This document shows positions 10,952 to 20,602 of a stretch of 55,469 nt of DNA, piece after piece. Location of the stretch: the IMG/VR virus record IMGVR_UViG_3300036861_000067, positions 1-55,469 of that record; one strand, 5' to 3'. The notes beneath the pieces were generated by a model. It saw only the letters and a list, made by a program, of their open reading frames with translations, made no database searches and had not been told where the DNA came from. Position numbers and translations under genes: made by a program. The stretch comes from a virus (taxonomy: Duplodnaviria; Caudoviricetes). The stretch's first letter is position 1. Each line of letters opens with the position of its first letter.

Positions 10952-11665
10952 ATGGCTGTTACATGGGACAAAGCCTTATTCGATGCCGCCTACCAACTTA
11001 ATGCAGAACCTGATGGCCATCCGAATACTCGGGCGGCCATCATGTTGCATTACAATCGGTATGTGCTGGCACCAGAACAATTGCGCCGAGCGCAATTTTT
11101 CATCCAACAATTCAACCTCACAGCAGCCGATAGCGTGCTGGACGTGGGGTGTGGGTTCGGCTGGACTGTGGAAGCGTTGAACAACTTGGGCATTCCCACC
11201 ATCGGTACAGATGTGTCTGCCTACATTCAGGGGAACAAATCGTTAAATGAAGATAGCGACATCGATGCGGCCATTCGGGCGGTCGGGCTTGACCCGACGA
11301 ATGGTGAAGGCCTTGGCCATTTCAACCGTCTGCGTGGTGGTGGGGTACGTACTACTGCCACTGTACTTAACGAGGATTCTTCTACGAATGCTTCACGTAA
11401 TCGAGTGAAGAATGCGGCGCTGAGTGGTAATTTCACCCTCATCATTACCGAGGATTTGGTGACATCTCTCACTGATTCTGAATGCGCAGTGTTGCAGTCC
11501 AACATCGTCAAATATGGGGCGACCATCCGTATCTGCCATTTCCTGACTGAGTTCGCCAATCCCAATGCGCCATTCTTTTTTAATTCCAAGAGTTTGGCCG
11601 ATTGGAAACTTCTCTTTCCCACTGCCACCATTATCGCTGATGGCTATGTTTACCGGGTGGCATAA
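10952..11665 (+). CDS. Class I SAM-dependent methyltransferase
   Basis: VLDVGCGFG motif I followed by GTDVS. Confidence 0.7.
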   Translation: MAVTWDKALFDAAYQLNAEPDGHPNTRAAIMLHYNRYVLAPEQLRRAQFFIQQFNLTAADSVLDVGCGFGWTVEALNNLGIPTIGTDVSAYIQGNKSLNEDSDIDAAIRAVGLDPTNGEGLGHFNRLRGGGVRTTATVLNEDSSTNASRNRVKNAALSGNFTLIITEDLVTSLTDSECAVLQSNIVKYGATIRICHFLTEFANPNAPFFFNSKSLADWKLLFPTATIIADGYVYRVA

Positions 11666-14134
11666 ATGGCATTCCCGACGACAATCAGCACAACCTTTGG
11701 CGCAAGCCTGGGATTCAGTGGCCCATTTTTGTCGTCTGGTGGCAACGTCTATGTCATTACCATTTCCAATACTGGAGGGGATGATCTTAGGGCTTATAAA
11801 GCTACTGATCCAACTTCCAGTTTTACCGCTGTAGGCACCGATGTTTCTGTCACATCCGGCGATGCCATACAAGGCGTAAGTATTGTTCAAAGTGGTGACA
11901 ACCTTCATGTTGTTTCAGTTGATGGCAGCGCCGCTAATAAAGATTTACGTTATCACGTTTTCAGCATGTCTAGTGATAGTTGGACTACTTCAAACGAATT
12001 AATAAAAGACAATGCTACTCCTGTCACTGGCTTCGTTCCCTATCCAGTATCCATTTCTATCCGTTCCGATGGCGATGTGATTGTACTTTACAATGGCAGT
12101 AGTGTTGCCAATATGGGGAATGATAGAGAACGTGTAGTTTATGCTCGCCGTGAAGCCGGGGTTTGGACAATTGATGTAGCAGTAGATAATGGTGGTGCAA
12201 CTAACTGGATAGCCGGTGCAGTTGTTATTGGCTCTAGTGATCGGATGCACTTCTTTTTCGTGGATGATGGTGCTTCTGATGCCTATCAACGCGCATTGAC
12301 TTCTGCAAATTCTCTCCAAGCCTTCCCTGCTTCATATGATACGGTTATCAATACCGGGGATACAGTTCAGGAACAGAAAGGCATTTCTTATGTAAGTGGA
12401 GCAAATACAAAAGTCCGTTATCCTTGTGTAGATGGTAATGTCAATGAGCTGAATTCAGCAAAATGCGATTCTGCCGATACTCCAACGATGTCAGAAGATA
12501 CTGACATTACCGGAGCGACTAGTTTTGCACAAGCAGACAATGCTGCCTCATTTGCCGCTGACGGAACGACCCTTTGGAATACCTTTATACAAGCTAGTAC
12601 CTCTGATATATTTACCCAATCCAATGCCGATGATGGTGGGTGGTCTGCTCCTGCTTCTTTTTACGCTGGCACAGTAACCAAGATTTACACCAACGTCTAC
12701 ACCAGGGGCAGTGACACCGTTCTTGCAATGGTGTTTACGGAAACTGACCCCAAATATCACGAAAAAGTTTTATCTTCTGCTGGCAATGCTGCATCACTCA
12801 CCGCCGCCGCCACGCTGACATGGACGGGTGCATCCACCGCTGCCGTCCCATTCTCTGATACTGCTGTTGGTGCATTGACCTGGAATGGCAAGACAACCGC
12901 TGCATCTGCCTTCAGCGATACTGCCGCCGCCGTTCTGACGTGGACGGGTGCGCAAACCCTCAAAGGTAATTGGACCGCTGCCGCTGTCGGCAATCTGACA
13001 TGGGCTGGTGCGTCCACCGCCGCCGACGCTTTCAGTTCTTCAGCCGCCGCTGTTGTGACCTGGAATGCCACATCGACAGCTACATCTGCCTTCAGCGATA
13101 CGGCTGCCGCTGTCCTGACATGGAATGGTGCCTCAACCGCCACATCGAATTTCAATCAGGCTGCTGTCGCCACACTCACCTGGAACGGCGTAGGCATTAC
13201 GTCTGCTGCGCTTAGCATCCCGGCTGTCGCCGCACTGACCTGGGACACCAAGACTTTCATCAGCGCGGATCTATCGGCTGCCGGCGCCGCCGTCCTGACA
13301 TGGAACGGCGCGGCTACAACTGCCAGCGCATGGAGCGCCACCACAGCCGCCGTTCTGACGTGGAATGGCACTGGCCTATACTCCGGCGCGTGGAGCGCCA
13401 CTGCCGCCGCCAGCGTGACCTGGGAAGGCACCGATGGCACTGCCGCCGCCACTGAAGCCGCTATCAGCATAGCGGCTGCCGGATCTGTTACCTGGAATGG
13501 CACGGCCACCAGCACCTCAGACTGGAATGCCATCGCGGCTGGTAGTCTGACATGGACTGGTGCATCGGATGTTGCAGGCAGGCTCACGCAAGGCGGTGCC
13601 ACATCGACGCTAGACTTCCAAGCCGTCATCTTCATGAACGGCGCTTGGAATGTAGCAACGACCGCCGCCGTCACCTGGACCGGCACATCGAATGCGTCTG
13701 GTGATTGGGCTGAAATAGCCGTTGGCAACTTGACTTGGAACGGAGCAGAAACCGCCGCTGGTGCCTTCAGCGATACGGCTGCTGCTGTGCTTACCTGGGA
13801 TACCAAAGCATTCACCAGCGGGGCGTGGAGCGCGGCTGCTGTCGGACTTGAGAGCTGGACCGGCGCGGAACTGACTCAAACTGGCAGTGATGCCAGCTTT
13901 ATCGCTGCTGCCGCCGCCAACTTCGCGGGTGAAGCTGTCGCCAGCGGCGCTGCAGAGATTGTGGCCAGCGCGGTTCTTACATTCACTGGCACCACGACAG
14001 GCGCTAAAAAGAATCTGGATGGCTGGAAGCCAAGGCCGAATAGAATTGAAGAAGATGAAGAAAAGCTTTTGGAAGAACTGAAGAAAGGCGCGTTGATGTT
14101 CTTCCAACAGGGAGGCGGCCATGGCTACCACTGA
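11666..14134 (+). CDS. Tail fibre/spike-like protein: beta-rich N-terminal half plus about 20 copies of a 20-aa LTWxG repeat
   Basis: Repeats visible in the translation; position in the tail module. Confidence 0.6.
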   Translation: MAFPTTISTTFGASLGFSGPFLSSGGNVYVITISNTGGDDLRAYKATDPTSSFTAVGTDVSVTSGDAIQGVSIVQSGDNLHVVSVDGSAANKDLRYHVFSMSSDSWTTSNELIKDNATPVTGFVPYPVSISIRSDGDVIVLYNGSSVANMGNDRERVVYARREAGVWTIDVAVDNGGATNWIAGAVVIGSSDRMHFFFVDDGASDAYQRALTSANSLQAFPASYDTVINTGDTVQEQKGISYVSGANTKVRYPCVDGNVNELNSAKCDSADTPTMSEDTDITGATSFAQADNAASFAADGTTLWNTFIQASTSDIFTQSNADDGGWSAPASFYAGTVTKIYTNVYTRGSDTVLAMVFTETDPKYHEKVLSSAGNAASLTAAATLTWTGASTAAVPFSDTAVGALTWNGKTTAASAFSDTAAAVLTWTGAQTLKGNWTAAAVGNLTWAGASTAADAFSSSAAAVVTWNATSTATSAFSDTAAAVLTWNGASTATSNFNQAAVATLTWNGVGITSAALSIPAVAALTWDTKTFISADLSAAGAAVLTWNGAATTASAWSATTAAVLTWNGTGLYSGAWSATAAASVTWEGTDGTAAATEAAISIAAAGSVTWNGTATSTSDWNAIAAGSLTWTGASDVAGRLTQGGATSTLDFQAVIFMNGAWNVATTAAVTWTGTSNASGDWAEIAVGNLTWNGAETAAGAFSDTAAAVLTWDTKAFTSGAWSAAAVGLESWTGAELTQTGSDASFIAAAAANFAGEAVASGAAEIVASAVLTFTGTTTGAKKNLDGWKPRPNRIEEDEEKLLEELKKGALMFFQQGGGHGYH

Positions 14135-14459
14135 TCGGGTGAATGTAACGAATCACCAAGTGAACACGACCGACCGCATGGGCCAAGTCGTGACGCTTGG
14201 CAGCGCGATTGTCGAAGCGTCTTTCTCTATCAACGTGACGGCGAATCTGGTAGCCGGCCAAAATTCAGCTAATGGCGCTGCCTTGTCTGTTGTGGCCGCC
14301 GCCGTCATCACCATGTTCAATGGCAGTCAAGGGCCATGGCCGGTGTACTGGAATCCTCAGCCAGCCGCGACTTTCTCTGCTGCTGGTGCGACAATCAAAG
14401 CAGCGGATTGGAGTTGCGATGCTGTGCTTACCGGCGATTTCGAGGGGGCCAGCACATGA
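14121..14459 (+). CDS. Small tail-associated protein, paralog of the N-terminus of the next gene
   Basis: TDR...TDRxGQ...WxVYW pattern shared with 14456..15376. Confidence 0.6.
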   Translation: MATTDRVNVTNHQVNTTDRMGQVVTLGSAIVEASFSINVTANLVAGQNSANGAALSVVAAAVITMFNGSQGPWPVYWNPQPAATFSAAGATIKAADWSCDAVLTGDFEGAST

Positions 14460-15376
14460 CTTCAACTGATCGTCTTTCTAATGTTGATAGCCTACGCACC
14501 ATTACTGACAGATTGGGGCAGACTCTGATTCTTGGTGACGCCCGTGTGTCGGCTGACTTTTCCATGGCTGCCAATATCGTGGCGGCAGCCGCTGGTGCAG
14601 CTATACCCGCTGTGCCGTTTGCTGTGAATGCTGTTACATCATTGCTCTGGCAAAATGCCAGCTTCGGCCTTTGGGCTGTTTATTGGTCTAGCGTAAGTAA
14701 TTCGGTTCTTTCCTTTGGTGGCGCAAGTGTATTCGCCGTACCGTTCAGCATGACGGCCACCAGTTCGTTCCAATTAAGTGGAGATATTTTCATGACTGGT
14801 GAAGTGGCTATGTTCGCTGGGCCTACGGCGCCAGCAGGTTGGCTTGAATGTGATGGTACGGCAGTAAGCCGAACCACTTATTCAGCCTTGTTCGCAATCA
14901 TCGGCACGACCTATGGAGTGGGGGATGGCAGTACGACATTCAACTTGCCGGAATGCCGAGGGGAATTTTTCCGAAGCTACGACCATGGCCGAGGTGTGGA
15001 TACCGGGCGCGTGCTTGGTAGTACGCAGACAGCCGATAACGCACCGCATAGTCATGGTGTAAATGACAGTGGCCATAGCCATGGAGTAAGTGACGGTGGC
15101 CACACCCATTCACTTGAAAGATATACATTTACTAGTGGGGGCACTGGTGATGATAGTACTGCTGGACGACTTTCATTTGGCAGTGCTGGGGATAATAACG
15201 ATAGTACCGTTTCTTTGGTGACAATACCCTTTGCTGGTGCAAGAGGTGATACTAGAGCTGCAAACGCTGGAACAGGTGTTTCTGTTAACGGCGCTACTAC
15301 TGGCATTTCAACTCAAAGCGCAGGCACCGAGGGACGACCACGCAATATCGCATTCATGACCATTATCAAATTCTAA
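14456..15376 (+). CDS. Tail fibre protein with phage tail-collar domain
   Basis: GEVAMFAG..APAGWLECDG.AVSRTTYSALFAIIGTTYG.GDGSTTFNLP; C-terminal RPRNIAF; ATG at 14456 overlaps the upstream stop. Confidence 0.85.
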   Translation: MTSTDRLSNVDSLRTITDRLGQTLILGDARVSADFSMAANIVAAAAGAAIPAVPFAVNAVTSLLWQNASFGLWAVYWSSVSNSVLSFGGASVFAVPFSMTATSSFQLSGDIFMTGEVAMFAGPTAPAGWLECDGTAVSRTTYSALFAIIGTTYGVGDGSTTFNLPECRGEFFRSYDHGRGVDTGRVLGSTQTADNAPHSHGVNDSGHSHGVSDGGHTHSLERYTFTSGGTGDDSTAGRLSFGSAGDNNDSTVSLVTIPFAGARGDTRAANAGTGVSVNGATTGISTQSAGTEGRPRNIAFMTIIKF

Positions 15377-15386
15377 GGTGATAGCC

Positions 15387-15569
15387 ATGTTGACCAGCGA
15401 AGAAAAAACACCATTGGAACAGATCCTGTTCAAGCTTGACGAACTAGACAAGCGCCTTGCCAAGATTGAAAAGTATCTGGAACGGCAAAAAGGTTTCATC
15501 GGTGGTGTGCTGTTCATCGGCGCGGGTGTTGCTTGGCTTATCGACACAGTAAAGGATTGGATAAGATGA
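15387..15569 (+). CDS. Putative holin (coiled coil plus one transmembrane helix)
   Basis: Hydrophobic GFIGGVLFIGAGVAWLI segment; directly upstream of the endolysin. Confidence 0.55.
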   Translation: MLTSEEKTPLEQILFKLDELDKRLAKIEKYLERQKGFIGGVLFIGAGVAWLIDTVKDWIR

Positions 15570-16042
15570 CCGAACTGGAAGAACTCGCCATCAAGATAGC
15601 CGAGGAAACCAAGTTGAACCCGGCGCTGGCGCTGGCGGTTTGCAAGGTAGAGTCAAGCTGGAACCCCTACGCGATTCGGTTTGAGCTGCTGTTCAAGAAG
15701 AATTACATCGATGGGAAGAAGGTGAAAATATTCGGCTGGCAATGTAGCGAGAACACAGAACGAATTGCACTGGCCACGTCCTGGGGGTTGATGCAGATCA
15801 TGGGTGCTACGGCCAGAGGCATGGGGTTCGATAAAGTTTTCTTGTCTGAATTGCTGGTGCCAGAAACTAATCTGCGCCTGGGATGCAATTTGTTGTCTCG
15901 ACTGCTGGAAAAATGGGGCAAGCTGGATGGCGCCATCTCTGCCTACAATGCCGGCAAGCCTACGGTGCGCAATGCTGTTTACGTCAATAAGGTGAAACAG
16001 GAGATGAAACGCTATGAAAGCCTACTTGCTGCACGGGATTGA
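15566..16042 (+). CDS. Endolysin, SLT-type lytic transglycosylase
   Basis: VESS catalytic Glu, GLMQI and AYNAG motifs. Confidence 0.85.
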   Translation: MTELEELAIKIAEETKLNPALALAVCKVESSWNPYAIRFELLFKKNYIDGKKVKIFGWQCSENTERIALATSWGLMQIMGATARGMGFDKVFLSELLVPETNLRLGCNLLSRLLEKWGKLDGAISAYNAGKPTVRNAVYVNKVKQEMKRYESLLAARD

Positions 16043-16562
16043 AACCCAAGATCCAGAACGTTCCACCATCAGTTTCTTGAGGGATTACTTGACAGGGCTT
16101 GACGTGGTGATCCTGGGCTACGGCTACATCCCGGCGCTATTCGCTTTCATCACCAACATCATCGATTGGATCATTGAACGGCGGTTGCGAAAGCTCATTG
16201 AGCCTGGCAGCCTTATCATCGGCCACAGCAACGGCTGCACCATCGGTTGGCGTCTTTCCAACAAGATAGCAACGCACGGGCTTGTTCTCATCAATCCGGC
16301 TTTGGATAACGACATATCCTTTCATCCCGAATTGAAGTTCATCCACATCTATTGGAGTCCTAAAGACTCTGTGAGTTGGCTTAGTCAATTTGTGCCTTTC
16401 TCAGATTGGGGTTTGATGGGTGTCACCGGCTACAAAGGAAAAGATCCCCGAGTCAAGCAGTTCAACATGAACCTTGAACACACCGAAATCGGGGATCATG
16501 AGGCTGAGTGGGGGCCGGTCATCAACGAAGCAATTCATCAAGCTTTAGCTTCACCGAGCTAA
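16014..16562 (+). CDS. Alpha/beta hydrolase
   Basis: LLHG, GHSNG nucleophile elbow, downstream D and H. Confidence 0.75.
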   Translation: MKAYLLHGIETQDPERSTISFLRDYLTGLDVVILGYGYIPALFAFITNIIDWIIERRLRKLIEPGSLIIGHSNGCTIGWRLSNKIATHGLVLINPALDNDISFHPELKFIHIYWSPKDSVSWLSQFVPFSDWGLMGVTGYKGKDPRVKQFNMNLEHTEIGDHEAEWGPVINEAIHQALASPS

Positions 16563-16788
16563 CTCCGCCATTGCAGTAAGTCAGGTCATGGTCAGCCAGG
16601 GCATCTTGCACCCGATGCGAAACGAACTTGGTCATTAACACCACATAGTCGGACGACTCAGCCGTGGCTTTGATTTGTCGTGGTGATTCATCCACATCGG
16701 CAAAGCGTAGATCCAACTGATTGCCGTAAATGGATTTGATCTTATCGGCCTGGACACCACGCAGGCCGACGATGGTTACGCTAGTCAT
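16522..16788 (-). CDS. Small alpha/beta protein, DUF2325-like
   Basis: VTIVG...DYVVLMTKFVSH...GGVSS pattern. Confidence 0.55.
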   Translation of the reverse strand: MTSVTIVGLRGVQADKIKSIYGNQLDLRFADVDESPRQIKATAESSDYVVLMTKFVSHRVQDALADHDLTYCNGGVSSVKLKLDELLR

Positions 16789-16898
16789 AATCGCAGTGTT
16801 TCAAATGGTTAAGCCGGTCAAATTCCTTGATGTACTCAGCCATTGTTAAAGGCTCCAAGGCTTTATACATTACAGGGATATGCAGTTTATATTTCATC

Positions 16899-17252
16899 TC
16901 AGTTCTTCCTAATAATTAATTTCTTTTCACCAGTCAGAATGGTGACACCTTTAACATTCTCGCCAGCTTCGATGCGCTTTTCCAGTGCGCCGACAGAGAC
17001 TCGCTTCTCTAGCAGATCGAGTGCATTGTTCTTGATGATGTAATCAGAGAACGAAACCCAATCGGAAACCTCAGCGGTCTTTGGCGTGGTGAAATATGCT
17101 AATGCCACCTCGGATTTAAACTTATCCAAGCCATCATTTTCCATCCGCTCTTGAAGTTTGAACCCAAGCATTTCGATCTGTTCATTAAACAGTTCGGTCA
17201 TGCGGTCACGCTTGGTGCGCAATGCCTGGATCTGTGCGAGTAGAGCTTCCAT
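16899..17252 (-). CDS. Hypothetical replication-module protein (Gam/Gp157-like coiled coil)
   Basis: Coiled N-terminus, VSDW..F, LEKRVS, GENVKGV. Confidence 0.5.
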   Translation of the reverse strand: MEALLAQIQALRTKRDRMTELFNEQIEMLGFKLQERMENDGLDKFKSEVALAYFTTPKTAEVSDWVSFSDYIIKNNALDLLEKRVSVGALEKRIEAGENVKGVTILTGEKKLIIRKN

Positions 17253-17629
17253 CAGAATAGACCTCTTGTTATACCCATTACACTGGCGCCATCCACTACG
17301 TCCGGCTGCCAGCCTTGCGGTTCTTCTGCCGGATCAAAGCCAACCCATTCTGGCTCACTTAGCCGTACACGTAGACCTGCATAAACTTCCATACAGATTT
17401 TACGCCAGTAATTATCACCTTGAGGCGACTCACCCCAAATAAATGCTTTATGAAACGCATAAAAATCGTGTGTTAACGTGTTTTGCAATACTACAAGCAA
17501 TTCAATCTTTTCCATATCGTCCAGATAGTCCAGAGCAAATTGCTTAATGTTCGGGCGTAAAGCCCAAGTAGGATCTTCCATAACGTCCATAATATTACCT
17601 CCTTGTGTACCCCTATGATACATAGCCAA
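17252..17629 (-). CDS. Hypothetical protein (start may be downstream)
   Basis: Fills the operon gap; AFIWGESPQG..YW motif. Confidence 0.5.
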   Translation of the reverse strand: MAMYHRGTQGGNIMDVMEDPTWALRPNIKQFALDYLDDMEKIELLVVLQNTLTHDFYAFHKAFIWGESPQGDNYWRKICMEVYAGLRVRLSEPEWVGFDPAEEPQGWQPDVVDGASVMGITRGLF

Positions 17630-17644
17630 GTAGGTGAAGTCAAA

Positions 17645-18277
17645 TTATTTTTTGCCAATGTGAAGCAGATAGGCATGGCAGTGGATCTTGGCAGGACACC
17701 AGAAGCAGTGACTACCGGCCACCGCCTTGGGGTTCTCCTTCAAGCCTTCCTCTATGGCAGCTTCCACCTTCGGCTTGAACTTCAGGATGTGCTCAACGGT
17801 GGTATCCCACGGGCGCACGGGAATACCGGTGCTGTTAGGCTGAATGATGGTAAGCCTGACCTTGGCATAGCGCGGCAAGGGGAATTCCCGTAGCGCACCA
17901 AGCGCATATAGCTTGAGCTGGAGGTTGTCGGTGGCATGCACCAGCTTCTTACCAAATTTTAAATCACTAACATACAAGGCTTCCGGCGCGTCAACTCTTA
18001 TTGCATCGGCTGTACCCTCGCATAGATCCGGCACGATGACGACTTTACGTTCTACGAACAGTTCGCCGGGTTGATTGCGCACAAGTTGCAGATAGGTTTG
18101 TAATACACTATTAGCATTCTCGCCTGACAATAAGAGATCGGCAGCAATAGCATGCTGTCTCGTACCTTCTTCAGCGGCTGCGTTAGTAGTGGATGGATAA
18201 AATTTACTCATTTTCACTGAATAGCCACAACGCATCCATCTTTCTGCCGCGCTGGGTGAAAAAAGAGCGTGACTCAT
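17645..18277 (-). CDS. PD-(D/E)XK exonuclease, DUF2800/Cas4-like
   Basis: SPSAAERWMRC, GTAD, DLKFG, QLKLYALG, HCFWCPAKIHC. Confidence 0.8.
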   Translation of the reverse strand: MSHALFSPSAAERWMRCGYSVKMSKFYPSTTNAAAEEGTRQHAIAADLLLSGENANSVLQTYLQLVRNQPGELFVERKVVIVPDLCEGTADAIRVDAPEALYVSDLKFGKKLVHATDNLQLKLYALGALREFPLPRYAKVRLTIIQPNSTGIPVRPWDTTVEHILKFKPKVEAAIEEGLKENPKAVAGSHCFWCPAKIHCHAYLLHIGKK

Positions 18278-18348
18278 AATGTATTACCTTCATGGTATTT
18301 TCTTTTCGCCTGGAGATAGGCAGCGTGTGCTTCCTCATGTGAAATCAT
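18274..18348 (-). pseudogene. 24-codon remnant resembling the C-terminal helix of an HNH-AP2 endonuclease
   Basis: MISHEEAHAAYLQAKRKYHEGNTL, overlapping both neighbours by ATGA. Confidence 0.45.
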
Positions 18349-18674
18349 AATAAACTACCTTTCTCAAACCAAACAACCGGGTTCATGCCTTGGCGCTGAA
18401 TCAACCAGAACCTAGTGCCGTGGATCTTTGACATCAAACACCAGGGGAGCTTGCGAGCTTTGGCTTGCTCCATTGCCTGTTGGCGGTGGGCAACTGTAAT
18501 GCTGACACAGTTCTTTACTTCGACGCTCCACGTCACACCAAAAGGGTCAACGCCAATCAAATCTTCCGCCTTGTAGCCAGCACTTACCGGCACGGTAGAC
18601 CAGTCATGATCTTTCAATAGGGCTTCGGCGGTGGTTTGGCCCCTTCGCCCCTTGTCTCTAGAAGCCTTACTCAC
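18345..18674 (-). CDS. Holliday junction resolvase-like PD-(D/E)XK nuclease
   Basis: SRDKGRRG, DL, VEVK motifs. Confidence 0.75.
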   Translation of the reverse strand: MSKASRDKGRRGQTTAEALLKDHDWSTVPVSAGYKAEDLIGVDPFGVTWSVEVKNCVSITVAHRQQAMEQAKARKLPWCLMSKIHGTRFWLIQRQGMNPVVWFEKGSLL

Positions 18675-20602
18675 TTGGTGTATCTCCTACTAATCTTACC
18701 CTCAGCCATGATCGGCAAGCCTTCGCTCCAATCCTCGCCAGCCGCCATGGTGGCTAGAAAATCTTCTAACACTTCGTCTGGTTCTTCTTCGTCTACTTCG
18801 TCCACTATTTCATCATGAACATGGATGCGAACGCATTCACCACGCAACCGCCGCAACGCCCCGGCCAGCAGATCGTAGGCAATGGCCTGGGCCAAGTTCT
18901 CTGTTAGCAATCCGTACCACAGCCTGACGACCGGCCATTCCTGCACGCCAGCCTTTGGTGAACGGTTCCCGCGCCGATACTCAACACAATCGCCATAGTC
19001 GTCCTGCACTATCCGGGCGAACGGATAGCACATCAGCCGCCCGGACGGCAACCGGCACCATAGGTGTTCGCCGTCGAACAGGTAGTTAACCGGGCCAACC
19101 GGGAACATCGCCCCCGGCGAATACATCGCCAGCAGCACGGCGTCGCGTAGCGCCGGCCACAACCCTTGCGTAATCCGCGTGTACTTGCCCCGGTAGGCGG
19201 CCACCAGCGCCTTGCGCTCGTCGATGGGTACGTCAATGCCTTCCTTCTTCAAAGACCGCGCCAAGGCGCCTTCACCGCCCCCGAATCCAAGGCCAAGCAC
19301 GCAAGCCTTGAACACCTTGTATTCCTTCGGCGTTTCCGTCTTGCTGATCTTCCGGCAAGTCACGGCTTCACCAAAGCTTGAGTAAGGGCTGACGCCGGAG
19401 CGGAACAACTGCAGTAGCTCAGTCTCGCCGGCCAGCCATGCCGTAATGCGTGCTTCGATCTGCGCGTAGTCGCCAATTAGGAAAACCTTGCCGGGTGAAG
19501 CGATGAAAGTTGGGCGAACAAGTTTGGCCAAGATGGTGACTGGGTCATCCAGCATCTTCAGTGCGGCATGATTATCTTCAAGCATGAATGGTATGGCTTC
19601 GGGGAATGTCTCAGCCATGGTGTTGTGGACTTGCGCCCCTGTAGATGAATAGCGCCCAGTCTGTCCAGCACCACGAAACATGAACAGGCCGCGTAGGTAA
19701 TCGTCAATCGACTTGCGGTCTAGCATGGCCTGATACTTGGATACAGCCGCCTTGGCTTGGCCGGAACGGATTTCCAGAACCTGCTTGACGTTGTCTGGTA
19801 TGTCGGATTCGTCCAGCAAATCGATGATCGTACCCTTACTCAAATCCTCAACCGGTTTCCATTGGGTGGCCACCCAAGATTTGATCTTTTCAACCTGGGT
19901 ATGCGCCGTGACCCAGCCTTTGGTGAGGATGGTTAACGCACGGTCATTGTCGATGTGTTCTTTCTCAGCAAACCAGATAGCATGGGATGCCAGCTTGGTG
20001 TCAATCATTACACCACGGTCGTTGATTTCCTCACTGATGTGATAGTCGGTTAGTTCGCTGTCTGTGAATGGGATGAACGTGTGGAACAAGGCGCGTTCGA
20101 CTTTCACATCCTGCCGGCAGTATTCGGCCAGCCGTTCGTAATCGCGTGGGTCATCCCACCATACCGGTACATTGCCATATTCCATTGACCTGGGCTTGCA
20201 CAACTTTAGCATCAAGTAGTGCCCCTCCTTGTCCTTGAGCTGTGGGATGCCGGCAAAGCGGGCGGCCTTGTCCAAACCGCCAGGATAACCCCTGGCGCGG
20301 GATAAGGCGGCCACGCAATAGAATTGACTTAGAGGGATGGTGGGGAAGCCATGGCGCGGCATCACGTTGTTCCAAATCAGGCGCTCGAATTGTGCATTCC
20401 ATGCACCAAAATGTTCGCCTTGCTTCAGGTGATAGAGAAGTTCGCTTGGTGGGTCTTCACCGGGCAACCAGAGTTCCACATCTCCACCATCAAATGCATA
20501 AGCCAAGCAATTCACATCCGTGGTCGGGTGGGCCGCGTAGTTATAAATTCCACCTTTGAGTAAATCAAAGGTGGAACGGGTTTCAAAATCTGCATGTATC
20601 AT
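18671..20602 (-). CDS. Phage family A DNA polymerase (APSE/SPO2 type) with 3'-5' exonuclease
   Basis: DFET, WNAQFER, YCRQDV, TGRYSS, DYAQIEAR, K...LGLGFG, HVHDEIV. Confidence 0.92.
   Translation of the reverse strand: MIHADFETRSTFDLLKGGIYNYAAHPTTDVNCLAYAFDGGDVELWLPGEDPPSELLYHLKQGEHFGAWNAQFERLIWNNVMPRHGFPTIPLSQFYCVAALSRARGYPGGLDKAARFAGIPQLKDKEGHYLMLKLCKPRSMEYGNVPVWWDDPRDYERLAEYCRQDVKVERALFHTFIPFTDSELTDYHISEEINDRGVMIDTKLASHAIWFAEKEHIDNDRALTILTKGWVTAHTQVEKIKSWVATQWKPVEDLSKGTIIDLLDESDIPDNVKQVLEIRSGQAKAAVSKYQAMLDRKSIDDYLRGLFMFRGAGQTGRYSSTGAQVHNTMAETFPEAIPFMLEDNHAALKMLDDPVTILAKLVRPTFIASPGKVFLIGDYAQIEARITAWLAGETELLQLFRSGVSPYSSFGEAVTCRKISKTETPKEYKVFKACVLGLGFGGGEGALARSLKKEGIDVPIDERKALVAAYRGKYTRITQGLWPALRDAVLLAMYSPGAMFPVGPVNYLFDGEHLWCRLPSGRLMCYPFARIVQDDYGDCVEYRRGNRSPKAGVQEWPVVRLWYGLLTENLAQAIAYDLLAGALRRLRGECVRIHVHDEIVDEVDEEEPDEVLEDFLATMAAGEDWSEGLPIMAEGKISRRYTK

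Noticed and set aside
11666-15376. Diversity-generating retroelement, as in BPP-1
   Set aside because: No reverse transcriptase and no template/variable repeat pair were seen
17645-18277. Cas4-like nuclease as part of the RAMP system
   Set aside because: DUF2800-type nucleases are standard beside this polymerase family; nothing in the sequence links it to the arrays
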